From sequence record NZ_CP087960.1: 64,000 bases of DNA, one strand, 5' to 3'. This stretch comes from a plasmid. The translations under genes and the position numbers were made by a program. The notes under the pieces were generated by a model that was not told the DNA's origin, did not search any database, and worked only from the letters and a program-made list of their open reading frames with translations. Shown piece by piece: positions 9,918-19,412 of this stretch. Within the stretch, counting starts at the first letter, position 1. Each line of letters starts with the position of its first letter.

Positions 9918-11078
9918 TTTTGGTTAAGCTGCTTGATAGATTCGATCTAATTCTCTTTCAAAGATTTCATCTGGTGTATGATAAGCTAAGATCTTTCTTG
10001 GCAATGAGTTGCACCAGGTTTCAATATCAATGATATTTTGTAAAGAATAGTTAGCTATTGCTTCTCCTTTAGGAATGAATCTGCGAATAAGACCATTGTG
10101 TCTTTCAACTGTTCCCTTATCACAAGAAGTGTAAGGATGGGCATAGTAAACCAGTGTATTGGATGCTTCTTCTAGGTTGGACAGATCCGCAAATTCTGAA
10201 CCATTATCAGTGGTAATAGTTTTAAAAATATCATTCCAGTGTTCACTGTATTGTCTTTGGAGTTCTTTAAAGGCTTGCATGACACTGATAGAAGTCTTGT
10301 CGGGAATACGAATAATTAAGAATTCACGACTCATGCGCTCAGATAAGGTTAACAGCACTTCATCATCTTTAGTCTTATGTCCAAGAACCAAATCGCATTC
10401 CCAATGACCGAATTCATTACGTTCACTAATTTCTTTTGGACGTTCTTCAATACTTCTGCCAAGCTTTTTCTTGTTTTTGCGAACACGATGAAGCTTGGTA
10501 TTGCGTTTAAGCTTCTCAGGCAAGTCGTAATTATAAATGCCTAATAAGCCCTTATCAACGTAATTATAAAGAGTTTTGGTGCAGACAACATCGCTGCTAG
10601 AGAATTCGCCAGCAGCAGTGGCACGATTACTGCAAACATCAAGCGACCAACCGTCTTTAAAGAAATGTTTGTGGACATAGTGAATAAATTGAGTTTTTTT
10701 GAGAAAGTCTGATTTGCGCCCACAATTTTTACGATGAGCTTGATATACATCATGTCCTTGAGTAGCCTTGTATCTTTTGACTTTACCATGATACAGTTTT
10801 ACAGTGCCACGTTTAATCTCATAACTGATAGTAGAAGGAGAACAGTTGAGTTCACGAGCAATTGCACGCAAAGAGCAGCCATCTTTCAAACGCAATTGAA
10901 TAATAACTCGCTCTTCAAATGATAAATGCTTTCCTTTAACGTGCTGGTTCATGGTAGAATGTAAAGAGTCCATTTTGACCTCCAATAGAAAGTTTTTGTG
11001 GTTATTAACATTCTATCAAACAGGTCCGAATGGACTTTTTATTTTTCTAAAGTGTTCAATTTGATTTTACAATCAACG
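9889..11078 (-). mobile_element. IS30-family insertion sequence, copy 2 (reverse orientation)
   Basis: Identical to copies 1 and 3. Flanked on both sides by 'tattatttttc' (an 11-13 bp direct repeat). Confidence 0.8.
9924..10985 (-). CDS. IS30-family transposase (identical copy)
   Basis: Protein identical to ORF 2498..3559. Confidence 0.9.
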   Translation of the reverse strand: MEVKMDSLHSTMNQHVKGKHLSFEERVIIQLRLKDGCSLRAIARELNCSPSTISYEIKRGTVKLYHGKVKRYKATQGHDVYQAHRKNCGRKSDFLKKTQFIHYVHKHFFKDGWSLDVCSNRATAAGEFSSSDVVCTKTLYNYVDKGLLGIYNYDLPEKLKRNTKLHRVRKNKKKLGRSIEERPKEISERNEFGHWECDLVLGHKTKDDEVLLTLSERMSREFLIIRIPDKTSISVMQAFKELQRQYSEHWNDIFKTITTDNGSEFADLSNLEEASNTLVYYAHPYTSCDKGTVERHNGLIRRFIPKGEAIANYSLQNIIDIETWCNSLPRKILAYHTPDEIFERELDRIYQAA

Positions 11079-12549
11079 TATTATTTTTCTTTAAAAACTT
11101 TCGTAAAAAGCTAAGAGTTGGTTTAGCCGGAGCTGGATTACTCCCCTCATAAATGTATGGAGTAACAGTAGAAAGGAATCCTTGATGATTAGACTTATTA
11201 GAATCAGAATCTAGATCTTGTTCGTTGAAGACCAATTTATAATTTAACTTCTTAGGGAGATTAGAAACAGACTTAAAGTCTGGATTATTGGCTAAATGAG
11301 CTTTTTGTTGTTCGTAGACGTAATCTTCACATAAGATTGCTAAGTAGGCTTTAGCCAAAGTTATATATATTTCCTTACCGCATTTTCCAAACTTTTTTTC
11401 TAGTTCATCTAAGCTAGTGGGTACATTAATTCCTGGACGATTGGCACCGTGATCAGCCTTTGCAGTAATGTATTTTTTACGTGCTGTTCTATGAGTTAAT
11501 AGAGAATGATCTACTCCAACAACATTGGCAATGCTGTCAACTAAAGGGAGTAACTCATCAAAGTCTTTTTGATCTACCTTGGTATCTTCTGTACGAGGAT
11601 AAGAGACGTATTCCGCTTCATACATCTTTTGATAAGTATCTTTGACTTGGCTAGTAGTAAACCCTTTTTTACTTAATAAGTCAGCTAATCCCATTAAGTT
11701 AATCAAGGAAGGCGGTTCAGTAGTTTTGGTTACATTAGAATCAATAACTACGTTATCCGGCTTATAGTTTAGTAAATCGTTATTAGCATCAGATTTATGC
11801 TCAAATCTAAATGTGTCATCATCTTGAAAGTTTCTTTTAAAAACATTCCCGTTGGCATCTTTATATCGAACTTCAAAGTAAGGTTTCTTTACATAGTTTT
11901 TTATCTTTTGCCATTGTTGATAAACAATATTAGCTAATGCTGATTTAAATCTACCTAATCTAAGTACTTTAGGATTGTATCCAGCTTGCTTAGCTGCAAG
12001 AGTTGCAATTCTACTAAGTTGCATTGAACCATAGTCAAGACGTTGTCGTGAAGTTGCTTCTAAGTATTCACCACTATGAAACTTATCACTAACATCTTTG
12101 CGATTAATGATAGCTTCTTTGATTTTGGACTCAGTTGAAAAATAGGCTCTATAAACGGTACTTCTCCACCCAATAGCTTCGATGATTTCCCAAGCGAGCA
12201 AATCACCTTCACCTGAGGGATCGCAGTCAGTAGCAATTACAATTGCATCTTTATCTTGAGCAGCCTGTTTAATTTGTTGCACATTTTTCTTCGCATCAGT
12301 ATCTAAATATGTTTTTTTCCATGCAAAATCGTTTAAATTCCAAGGAAAAACATCATAAGAATTCCATTCTGAATATCTAGCTATCTTATCAGCTGATACT
12401 TGATCTTGAGGATCTTTTAACTTTAACAAATGACCGTGGCTGTGTACTAGCTCATAAGTATCAGTACCAATATTACCTGAAATTCCACCAAGTACTTGTG
12501 CAAACTTTTGATATGCACTAGATTTTTCTGCTAAGATTAATAGTTTCAA
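11056..12549 (-). CDS. type IA DNA topoisomerase (topo III-like), N-terminal ~490 aa; 3' end runs into IS30 copy 2
   Basis: Toprim motif 'AEKSSAYQKFAQVLGG ... TDCDPSGEGDLLAWEI' at the N-terminus. The last 7 codons (TLIVKSN-stop) are read from IS sequence, so the gene is interrupted. Confidence 0.75.
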   Translation of the reverse strand: MKLLILAEKSSAYQKFAQVLGGISGNIGTDTYELVHSHGHLLKLKDPQDQVSADKIARYSEWNSYDVFPWNLNDFAWKKTYLDTDAKKNVQQIKQAAQDKDAIVIATDCDPSGEGDLLAWEIIEAIGWRSTVYRAYFSTESKIKEAIINRKDVSDKFHSGEYLEATSRQRLDYGSMQLSRIATLAAKQAGYNPKVLRLGRFKSALANIVYQQWQKIKNYVKKPYFEVRYKDANGNVFKRNFQDDDTFRFEHKSDANNDLLNYKPDNVVIDSNVTKTTEPPSLINLMGLADLLSKKGFTTSQVKDTYQKMYEAEYVSYPRTEDTKVDQKDFDELLPLVDSIANVVGVDHSLLTHRTARKKYITAKADHGANRPGINVPTSLDELEKKFGKCGKEIYITLAKAYLAILCEDYVYEQQKAHLANNPDFKSVSNLPKKLNYKLVFNEQDLDSDSNKSNHQGFLSTVTPYIYEGSNPAPAKPTLSFLRKFLKKNNTLIVKSN

Positions 12550-12617
12550 TTTTCTTTCCTTTCAAATAAAAAAAGCACTTTGAATTTCTTCAAAGTGCTT
12601 ACGCAATATATTTTGGG

Positions 12618-13067
12618 TTACGCATCTAAGTTAATAATGTTTGTTAAATCGATTTTTTCTAACTTTTTTAATTCTTGTTCCAAATATCTTTCTAGTTGTA
12701 GATTATTATTAAGATTTAAGTATTTAGAAATAAAATAGTAATCAACATTCATTTTAGCTAGATTTTTGTGAACAAAGTTATCGACCTTTTTAGAATCTAC
12801 GGAATAGTCATTTACTTTTAACCAGTTTTCTAAAATAAAAGATTTCATTCGTAAATTTTGATTTTGCTGAAAAGTAATAGGCTCATAATTAAGTTGCTTT
12901 AGTAACTTATTTGTCTTATTAATAGGATCTGTTAGTCTAATGCCATTATCTAAAGCAATTGTTGCTAGGTATGTGTCATTATCTTGTTCCATAGCAATTC
13001 TTTTGGGTGTTGGAGTTAATAGGTTAAAATATACATCTTTGACTGTTAAATTCGTTAAGTTATTCAT
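12618..13067 (-). CDS. hypothetical protein (149 aa)
   Basis: ORF only. Confidence 0.3.
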   Translation of the reverse strand: MNNLTNLTVKDVYFNLLTPTPKRIAMEQDNDTYLATIALDNGIRLTDPINKTNKLLKQLNYEPITFQQNQNLRMKSFILENWLKVNDYSVDSKKVDNFVHKNLAKMNVDYYFISKYLNLNNNLQLERYLEQELKKLEKIDLTNIINLDA

Positions 13068-13109
13068 TTAAAATTCCTTTGCTTTTTTTAATATTATTCT
13101 CGGTCTAAA

Positions 13110-14168
13110 TTACGGAAGTTGAAGTTCTCTCCGTTGGATATGTTGTTTAGCTAAGCGTGTTTTAAGCGTACTAGCTTGGACTTGACTTACATGTTTGAGT
13201 ACATCGTTCCAATCCTTACCATACTTAGTATTAGGTTGGGCGCTTAAAATTTGAAGAACATTTCCGTCAATATCGCGTGCTTGGTATTTCTGCATTTTTT
13301 CAACAAATTTATTGCCCGCATCATCGTTATCTACGCCTAATGCTATAGACTTTAGTCTGCTCCCAGATTTAGTAAGTTGCTTGGCTGTTAAGTTAATATA
13401 ACTTGCAACAACCTCTTTCTTTAGACCATCCATGGAAACGAACCGCGTGTTAGTTAGCTTGGTAGGATTTAAATTATAGTAGCTTAAAGCATCAATGCTT
13501 GATTCAAAGAATCTGATGTTTTCTGGCTTTCCTTTTCCTTGTGTTATATCTATTGAATCAAAGCTAAAGCCATAGCCGTATGTAGAATTAGGTTCAATTC
13601 GTTTAAGCGTACCTCGTTTACCAAATTTCTCATGGTTAATCCATGTTCCTTGTTTTGTCGCACCTTTAATTTCTCTGGTTTCTGGATCACGCCATAAAAA
13701 AAGAGCATTACCGAACTTATCTTGTTCGATTATGCCCTGAGTATGAAGCATTTGTACTAAATCAGCATTTAATCCTCTTCTTTTAGTTAAATATGCTGTT
13801 ACTTTATTAAACCTTTTATCAATCTCTTTTGGATTAAATTTAAACGGTTCACGTTTGATTTCTTTAGTTTTTGCCTCGTTAATACCAGCCTTAGTTACAA
13901 TATCCATTGCCTTTAGGAAACGATTTTTTTTATCTAGATTTTCTTCCGATAGAAGATATTCTTTTGCAAAACTTAGAGCACCAACACCGCCGACATTGCG
14001 TGAGTTCCAAAACCAAGCATTCCGCGATGGTGTTACAACTAAACTATCATGCTCAACACCTTTGTATTCATTATGACCAGTGTGAGCTAATTCAACGCCA
14101 ACTTTATCAGCGAATTCTAAAATATCTCCCTTTTCCGCTTGCTTTACTTGCTCATCTGTGTATTTCAT
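13110..14168 (-). CDS. Toprim-domain protein (primase/TraC-like, conjugative-element type)
   Basis: Toprim DxD motif 'IALGVDNDDAGNKF'. The N-terminal region resembles the DUF3991-type domain common in Firmicutes ICE primases. Confidence 0.55.
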   Translation of the reverse strand: MKYTDEQVKQAEKGDILEFADKVGVELAHTGHNEYKGVEHDSLVVTPSRNAWFWNSRNVGGVGALSFAKEYLLSEENLDKKNRFLKAMDIVTKAGINEAKTKEIKREPFKFNPKEIDKRFNKVTAYLTKRRGLNADLVQMLHTQGIIEQDKFGNALFLWRDPETREIKGATKQGTWINHEKFGKRGTLKRIEPNSTYGYGFSFDSIDITQGKGKPENIRFFESSIDALSYYNLNPTKLTNTRFVSMDGLKKEVVASYINLTAKQLTKSGSRLKSIALGVDNDDAGNKFVEKMQKYQARDIDGNVLQILSAQPNTKYGKDWNDVLKHVSQVQASTLKTRLAKQHIQRRELQLP

Positions 14169-14183
14169 AAAAATTTCTTCTTT

Positions 14184-14669
14184 CTATCTGAGTAAGAAAC
14201 GTTCTTTACATAAAGCATGTGCTTTAGCTTTTTCACGTTTCATGTAATTTGGATTTAGTTTTCTCATATTTTCTTTAGTCCTCTTTCTTAAGGCTTCAGG
14301 TTGTTCTGAGTCTATAGATAACTGCTTTTGTTGCTTAAAAAGTATGTTAGCCACTCTTCTTTCTACCTCGGACAATCCAGCATATTTTGGAATATGAGAA
14401 TTGGCTTCATCAATGAATAAAGCAACATGATAACCTGAATGATTTTGTGCTGCTTTAGTAGTTGTATATTGAGAAAAATGCAAGATACTATTATCCTGAT
14501 CTTCATGGATATCACTAATACCTAATTTATGTTTATGACTTAATCGCCACACAGAAAATTCAATGTTTGCTTTATGTGATTGTGTAGCCTTTTCTGTAAG
14601 ATCCTTCTTCAAGTAAGCTTTTGACCATACTCGTGGACTAATACCATAATCATCTTCGTATTTTGTCAT
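14184..14669 (-). CDS. hypothetical protein (161 aa)
   Basis: ORF only. Confidence 0.3.
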   Translation of the reverse strand: MTKYEDDYGISPRVWSKAYLKKDLTEKATQSHKANIEFSVWRLSHKHKLGISDIHEDQDNSILHFSQYTTTKAAQNHSGYHVALFIDEANSHIPKYAGLSEVERRVANILFKQQKQLSIDSEQPEALRKRTKENMRKLNPNYMKREKAKAHALCKERFLLR

Positions 14670-14682
14670 TATATTAATCTCC

Positions 14683-17169
14683 TTATCTTTCTAAATTCCG
14701 TGATTGCATAGCGTGTTTTCTTGCAAGTTGTTTTTTATTAATTTCTCCGCGTCTTGTTGCCCACTTTTCCTTAAATTTTTGGGACAATTCCATAGTTTTA
14801 GAGTCCTGAGTTGGTTGCATTCTTCCACGGCTAATCAAAAAGGCTTGTCTATGCATTTCTGCTTTAGACAAACCTTTTTCTTTTTGTGTTCTTGATTGTT
14901 GATCAGGTATATTTTGCAATTTATTAATATTTGACTTAATTGCCACTATAAATTTTGAATCGTAGAATTTGCTTTTACTTAACGCATTTTGTTGAGAAAG
15001 TAAAGTTTTTTGAGTGTTTTTAATAATAGAGCTTTCATTAGTATCATCAATCTCTTTAGTATTAATATTTAAAGTTGCAAAAAGCCCTTTATGTTTATTG
15101 GCAGATTCAGCGTTTCCCCAGACTGTGTATTCTACTTGGCTTGGATTAGATGAATTAACCGATACATCAGTTAAATTTAGTCGTTTCTTTTGATTAAGTT
15201 CCTGGATAGCTTGAGCAACTTTAATTGGCTTCTCATTGATTAGGTCATAGTTTTGTTGCTCTTCTAAACTTAGTTTGTTTAGATACTCAACATAACCCCA
15301 TGCTTTGACGTTTCCACCTACATCTTTACGCTCATCAAAGTTTTCGACCTTTAGCGGCTTAAAATTTTTCATTGGATAAGTGCCAGGATTAATAGGTCGA
15401 AATAAGGAGTAGTAGCGGTAAATTTTTGGTTTTTCATTTTCTACTACTTTTTCATTTTCTTGCGATAATTGACGGATTTTTTGTTTTATAGTTGGAAATT
15501 GTTTATCGAAATATGAGGAAATCTTCTTTTTGATATCTGGAGTAAAAGTAGAATATTTGATATCAATTTTACTGTTATAAATTTCTTTATCTTTAATTAC
15601 CGAGTTATTTAATCCAAGATTTGAAGCATAAGTTTCAAAGGCTCGTGCAAACACTTCGCTAGGTGTCTTTAAATAAGTACTCTCTTTAGGAGTGAGCGCC
15701 GTTGAGCTGTTTCCGATTTCTGCTTGAATAGATTGCAAAGAGTCGGAAAAGTTTTTGTTAATAGATAGAGGTAAGTTAGATCTACCATTGTAGTTATAGT
15801 CTAAGAAATGACCGTATTCATGTACAAAACTTTGTAAGCCCGTTTCTTTAGTTTTCTTATCATATCTAAAGTCGACTGCTAAAGTATTGTTGATTGGTGT
15901 AAACATGCCTAGTGCTCTATGATTTTTGAGCTTTCTAAATCGCAAAATAGGTTTAATTCCATTCTTTGCATGAGGTAAAGCAGAAACAGTTTGTTTTAAT
16001 TCGGGAATAAATTTTTTCAATTCTTCCAAGTCTACATCATTATCAATTTCGACTTTTTTAAAATGTTTAGATAAATCATTAGTGAGACGTTCCATTTCTG
16101 TTTGAGTTGTTTTATCAATATTCTTTTTAGTTTGAAAGAATGTTGCATGACTTGATCTAGCTTGCTCAGCATCATATTGTTGTTGTAGCGTTAAGTTGTA
16201 TGTATCTTTTAAGTATCGATTAACAAAGTTTAACGTTTGATTTTTGGATAAAACGTTTGAAACTGTTGTTTTAGGAATTATTTGATCTTTATTAATAAGG
16301 TATTCCGATAGTTCTTTTTCAATTGCAGATTTCGGTTTTTGGTTTTTCTCAGTATCTTCTTTATTAATTCTTATCTTTAATAAGCTTTCTTCTGGTGTAT
16401 TTTGCCATTCTTCATAAGTTGGCATATGAGCTTGTTTTGCAAATATTTCATAGTAAGCATCAGGGGAAAACAAATATTCATTGCTACTCCCGCTATTTTT
16501 AGGATCAGTTAAGTTATCAATAAGTTCGTTGAGTGGCTCTAATGATTTTTCTTTAAAGTTTCGTTTTAAGTCAATATTTAGTTTGTCGTATCCAATCAAT
16601 AGATCACGACTGTATGCTGTAAAGTATACTTTTTCATTTCTATTATTTGCTCTAGTTATCCAAGGAGTGGTATCTGTGTCTGGCAAACCATTATAGTAAG
16701 TATTTAATGAGGCTCGTTGCTTAATAGTTTCGTTCGTATCAGTCCAGTATCTTCTTTGACCATAGTAAGTGGAAGGTATTGAACCGTTGGGTTTGATAAA
16801 TATAAAAGTTTTTTCACCATCTTTTTGATACTGATAGATATGATCTTCCCATTTATCTTTTTGAGTGTTTTTAAATTTGAATTTCTTTTTGAACTCTATT
16901 TTTTCTTCAGGAGCCAGTTTAGAACTATCAACTTTTTTTATCTCATTTTCTTTAATATCTAGCTTATGAGATAAGGCTAAGACTTCGTCTTTATCTGTAT
17001 AGTCGCCATTTTCAACTCCATTTTTGTACAGATATCGTGCAGTTTTTCGATAAAGCGTATATAGTGTATCGTTAGACGTAACAGTTATTGTTTTGCTGAT
17101 GTGAGTTAAACCATATTTTTGTTTCATTAAATCAACAATTTTATTTGGTGTATTAATTTGATCAGTCAT
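14683..17169 (-). CDS. large conjugative-element protein with zincin-like metallopeptidase motif (polyvalent / ArdC-like candidate)
   Basis: 828 aa. 'FVHEYGHFLDY' is an HExxH zincin motif. Size and context (leading region) resemble large polyvalent proteins and the ArdC C-terminal peptidase. Confidence 0.45.
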   Translation of the reverse strand: MTDQINTPNKIVDLMKQKYGLTHISKTITVTSNDTLYTLYRKTARYLYKNGVENGDYTDKDEVLALSHKLDIKENEIKKVDSSKLAPEEKIEFKKKFKFKNTQKDKWEDHIYQYQKDGEKTFIFIKPNGSIPSTYYGQRRYWTDTNETIKQRASLNTYYNGLPDTDTTPWITRANNRNEKVYFTAYSRDLLIGYDKLNIDLKRNFKEKSLEPLNELIDNLTDPKNSGSSNEYLFSPDAYYEIFAKQAHMPTYEEWQNTPEESLLKIRINKEDTEKNQKPKSAIEKELSEYLINKDQIIPKTTVSNVLSKNQTLNFVNRYLKDTYNLTLQQQYDAEQARSSHATFFQTKKNIDKTTQTEMERLTNDLSKHFKKVEIDNDVDLEELKKFIPELKQTVSALPHAKNGIKPILRFRKLKNHRALGMFTPINNTLAVDFRYDKKTKETGLQSFVHEYGHFLDYNYNGRSNLPLSINKNFSDSLQSIQAEIGNSSTALTPKESTYLKTPSEVFARAFETYASNLGLNNSVIKDKEIYNSKIDIKYSTFTPDIKKKISSYFDKQFPTIKQKIRQLSQENEKVVENEKPKIYRYYSLFRPINPGTYPMKNFKPLKVENFDERKDVGGNVKAWGYVEYLNKLSLEEQQNYDLINEKPIKVAQAIQELNQKKRLNLTDVSVNSSNPSQVEYTVWGNAESANKHKGLFATLNINTKEIDDTNESSIIKNTQKTLLSQQNALSKSKFYDSKFIVAIKSNINKLQNIPDQQSRTQKEKGLSKAEMHRQAFLISRGRMQPTQDSKTMELSQKFKEKWATRRGEINKKQLARKHAMQSRNLER

Positions 17170-17192
17170 TTTTATTCCTTCCTGATTTGTTC

Positions 17193-17355
17193 TTAGTTTT
17201 TGATATCTTCTTCGTAATGATCAACTTTAAACTCTTTACAAATACGAGTTAGAGTGTCATAAGCTCCTTCATCGTAATCACTTGTCGGATTTTTAAAATT
17301 TTCAACTAGATTGAATAAATATTCAGCAAATTTTTCTTCATTAAATTTTTTCATG
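17193..17355 (-). CDS. small hypothetical protein (53 aa)
   Basis: Hand-translated: MKKFNEEKFAEYLFNLVENFKNPTSDYDEGAYDTLTRICKEFKVDHYEEDIKN. Preceded by the conserved hairpin/RBS module. Confidence 0.25.
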
Positions 17356-17470
17356 GTCAATTTTCCTTTCAAATAAAAAAGCTCCTAATCAATTTGGATT
17401 AGAAGCTAAAGATTATAAGTATTAGTTGTTTTCGGTGGACTACGTGCATAGTAAGGCATAGGCTTAGTCT
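17350..17470. repeat. ~115-bp conserved intergenic module, copy B (hairpin + T-run + RBS; ~85% identical to 22486-22600)
   Basis: Direct alignment by eye: 'ttttcctttcaaataaaaaagctcctaatc...gattag(g/a)agctaaa...agtattagtt(a/g)tttt(a/c)ggtggact(t/a)cgtg'. Confidence 0.6.
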
Positions 17471-17723
17471 CCTTTTCTTTTTCTGTAACTCTGTAAATTT
17501 GTTTTTACTTAATTACAAAAAAGCCAATTAAGTGAAAGAATATTCCTTAATTGGTTTTAATTTTGACTTAAATTTGCTTGAGTAACATCTACTTTATTCC
17601 CATTTGTAGGATCTTCTGTGAAAATCTTAAAGTCTTGTTTTTGACTAGTATTAAAGCGAGCTACAGTATAACTTTGACCGTTGGGGAAGAAGAACTCTAC
17701 TGAATTTTTATCAGTTAGAACTT

Positions 17724-19376
17724 TCAAATCAACTGAATGCTGATTTTTAACCCCCGAGTCAGCAATATATCCATTCCCATTACCAAGTAGTCCATCATAC
17801 TTGAAGCAGCTTGACCATTTCTTCCTCTATCTAATTCTCCAGAACGCGTTTTAACGTTGTATAAGCCATTGGACGGATCATAGTTAAGGCGCACATAGTC
17901 GTTACCTTGCCAGATATCGATGTATATACGACCTCGGTAGCTACTTTTGGTGTTGTAGAAATGTAAGTTATAAAGCTTATTCACTGATAAGGAAGGAACA
18001 TCAAGTAAATTATAAATCGTACCATTAGTATCTCTACCATTAGTGAATGGTCGATTGGAAGAGGCATTGATGCCGTTTATAGGATGATCTTTTGATACAG
18101 AGTTATAGTGTTTAACTTCTTTACCTTGACCCACAATAGGAGTCGATTTAATACTCATATCGTTACCAAGTTCAAGATTTCTAGCAACAGAATAAGAACC
18201 TAAGTGTTTCGTAAAAGCAGAATTTGCAGATTCGTCATTGTGAATCCCATTGGCTGTATAGGACCAGTTACCAACCCAGCCCATTGATTTGATGGCTCTT
18301 GAAGCTTCAGCAAGATTTGAGCTACCAGAGAAGTTAGCTCCATAATAGTCAGAACCTTGATCTAGTCTTTTAGCATCAGTTTCGGGGGCAAAAAGTCCAT
18401 TTTGATCAAGATGACCAACAATGTAATATGTTCCAGTAGTTTGACCAGCATGTGGGGCTTTGGCACCAAAGAAAAGAACTTGTTTAGTTTTCCCATTAGG
18501 CATCTTCATTGTACGAAGTGCTGGACATTCTACTGGCGTTGAATCCTGTGTATTGATACCACGCAGATAAGTTCCCATACCTACTTTACTTGCTCCATGA
18601 GGATCAGCTTTTGAACAGTGAATGCCATCATGTGATTGATATACTCCAATTTCATTGCCTTCAGCAACATACATCAGCATTTTTCCGTGCCAATATACGA
18701 CTGAAGGATCTCGTTCGTCCACTTTGTTGTGACTGGTGAAGTTCCAAGAGTGATCAATGACTGGAGAAGCACCATTTAAGACGTGGCTAAAGGTCTTACC
18801 GTTGTCACTAGACCAAGCACCCCAGATATTCTGACTACCACCATCATGTTTTTCAAGACCTGAAAAGTAAGCAACTTGCGCTCCTTTAGGCACACCTGCA
18901 ATTTGACCATTATTGACTAGAACAGTTCCTGTCCATGCACTAGTCCATGTATATGGTGCTTCTGGACCATCTGCTTTAATTGCCTCGTTTTGGGGAGTGA
19001 AGTGTACGAAGTCTTTTGTGGTTGTATGATACCAGTTCTGATCGCCTGCTTCGTTAGGATCGTCAGATGTTTTAGAATGCAGGAAGTATAGATCATAGTA
19101 GTTGCCCTTACTATTCCAAGCAATTGTCTGCAGATCATTTGACCAGCCATCTTTGGTCGTCAAGTGGTAAATACTTTCGTGAGCAGTGGAAGTTACACTG
19201 TCAGCATGTACTGTGGTAGTGGTTAGTGTCATTCCTAATCCTAAGGCCACTAAAGCCCCTGTTGATAATAGTGTATTTGTTAGTTTCATATAACTCTCCT
19301 TATTTAGTTCATCATAATTGTTTTTATATTTAACAAATTTTGTATTAGGGGGGGGAGATTTATTTTTATATTTCAT
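17724..19376 (-). CDS. secreted glycoside hydrolase family 32 (beta-fructofuranosidase / fructan hydrolase-like)
   Basis: Signal peptide after an internal Met. GH32 blocks: 'YHLTTKDGWSNDLQ...YYDLYFLHS' (WMNDPNG-like), 'WYHTTTKDFVHF', 'RDP' in 'ERDPSVVY', and 'EC' in 'VECPALR'. Confidence 0.75.
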   Translation of the reverse strand: MKYKNKSPPPNTKFVKYKNNYDELNKESYMKLTNTLLSTGALVALGLGMTLTTTTVHADSVTSTAHESIYHLTTKDGWSNDLQTIAWNSKGNYYDLYFLHSKTSDDPNEAGDQNWYHTTTKDFVHFTPQNEAIKADGPEAPYTWTSAWTGTVLVNNGQIAGVPKGAQVAYFSGLEKHDGGSQNIWGAWSSDNGKTFSHVLNGASPVIDHSWNFTSHNKVDERDPSVVYWHGKMLMYVAEGNEIGVYQSHDGIHCSKADPHGASKVGMGTYLRGINTQDSTPVECPALRTMKMPNGKTKQVLFFGAKAPHAGQTTGTYYIVGHLDQNGLFAPETDAKRLDQGSDYYGANFSGSSNLAEASRAIKSMGWVGNWSYTANGIHNDESANSAFTKHLGSYSVARNLELGNDMSIKSTPIVGQGKEVKHYNSVSKDHPINGINASSNRPFTNGRDTNGTIYNLLDVPSLSVNKLYNLHFYNTKSSYRGRIYIDIWQGNDYVRLNYDPSNGLYNVKTRSGELDRGRNGQAASSMMDYLVMGMDILLTRGLKISIQLI

Positions 19377-19412
19377 TGCAAAATAAAAACACTTAACTTT
19401 TATCGTTAAGTG

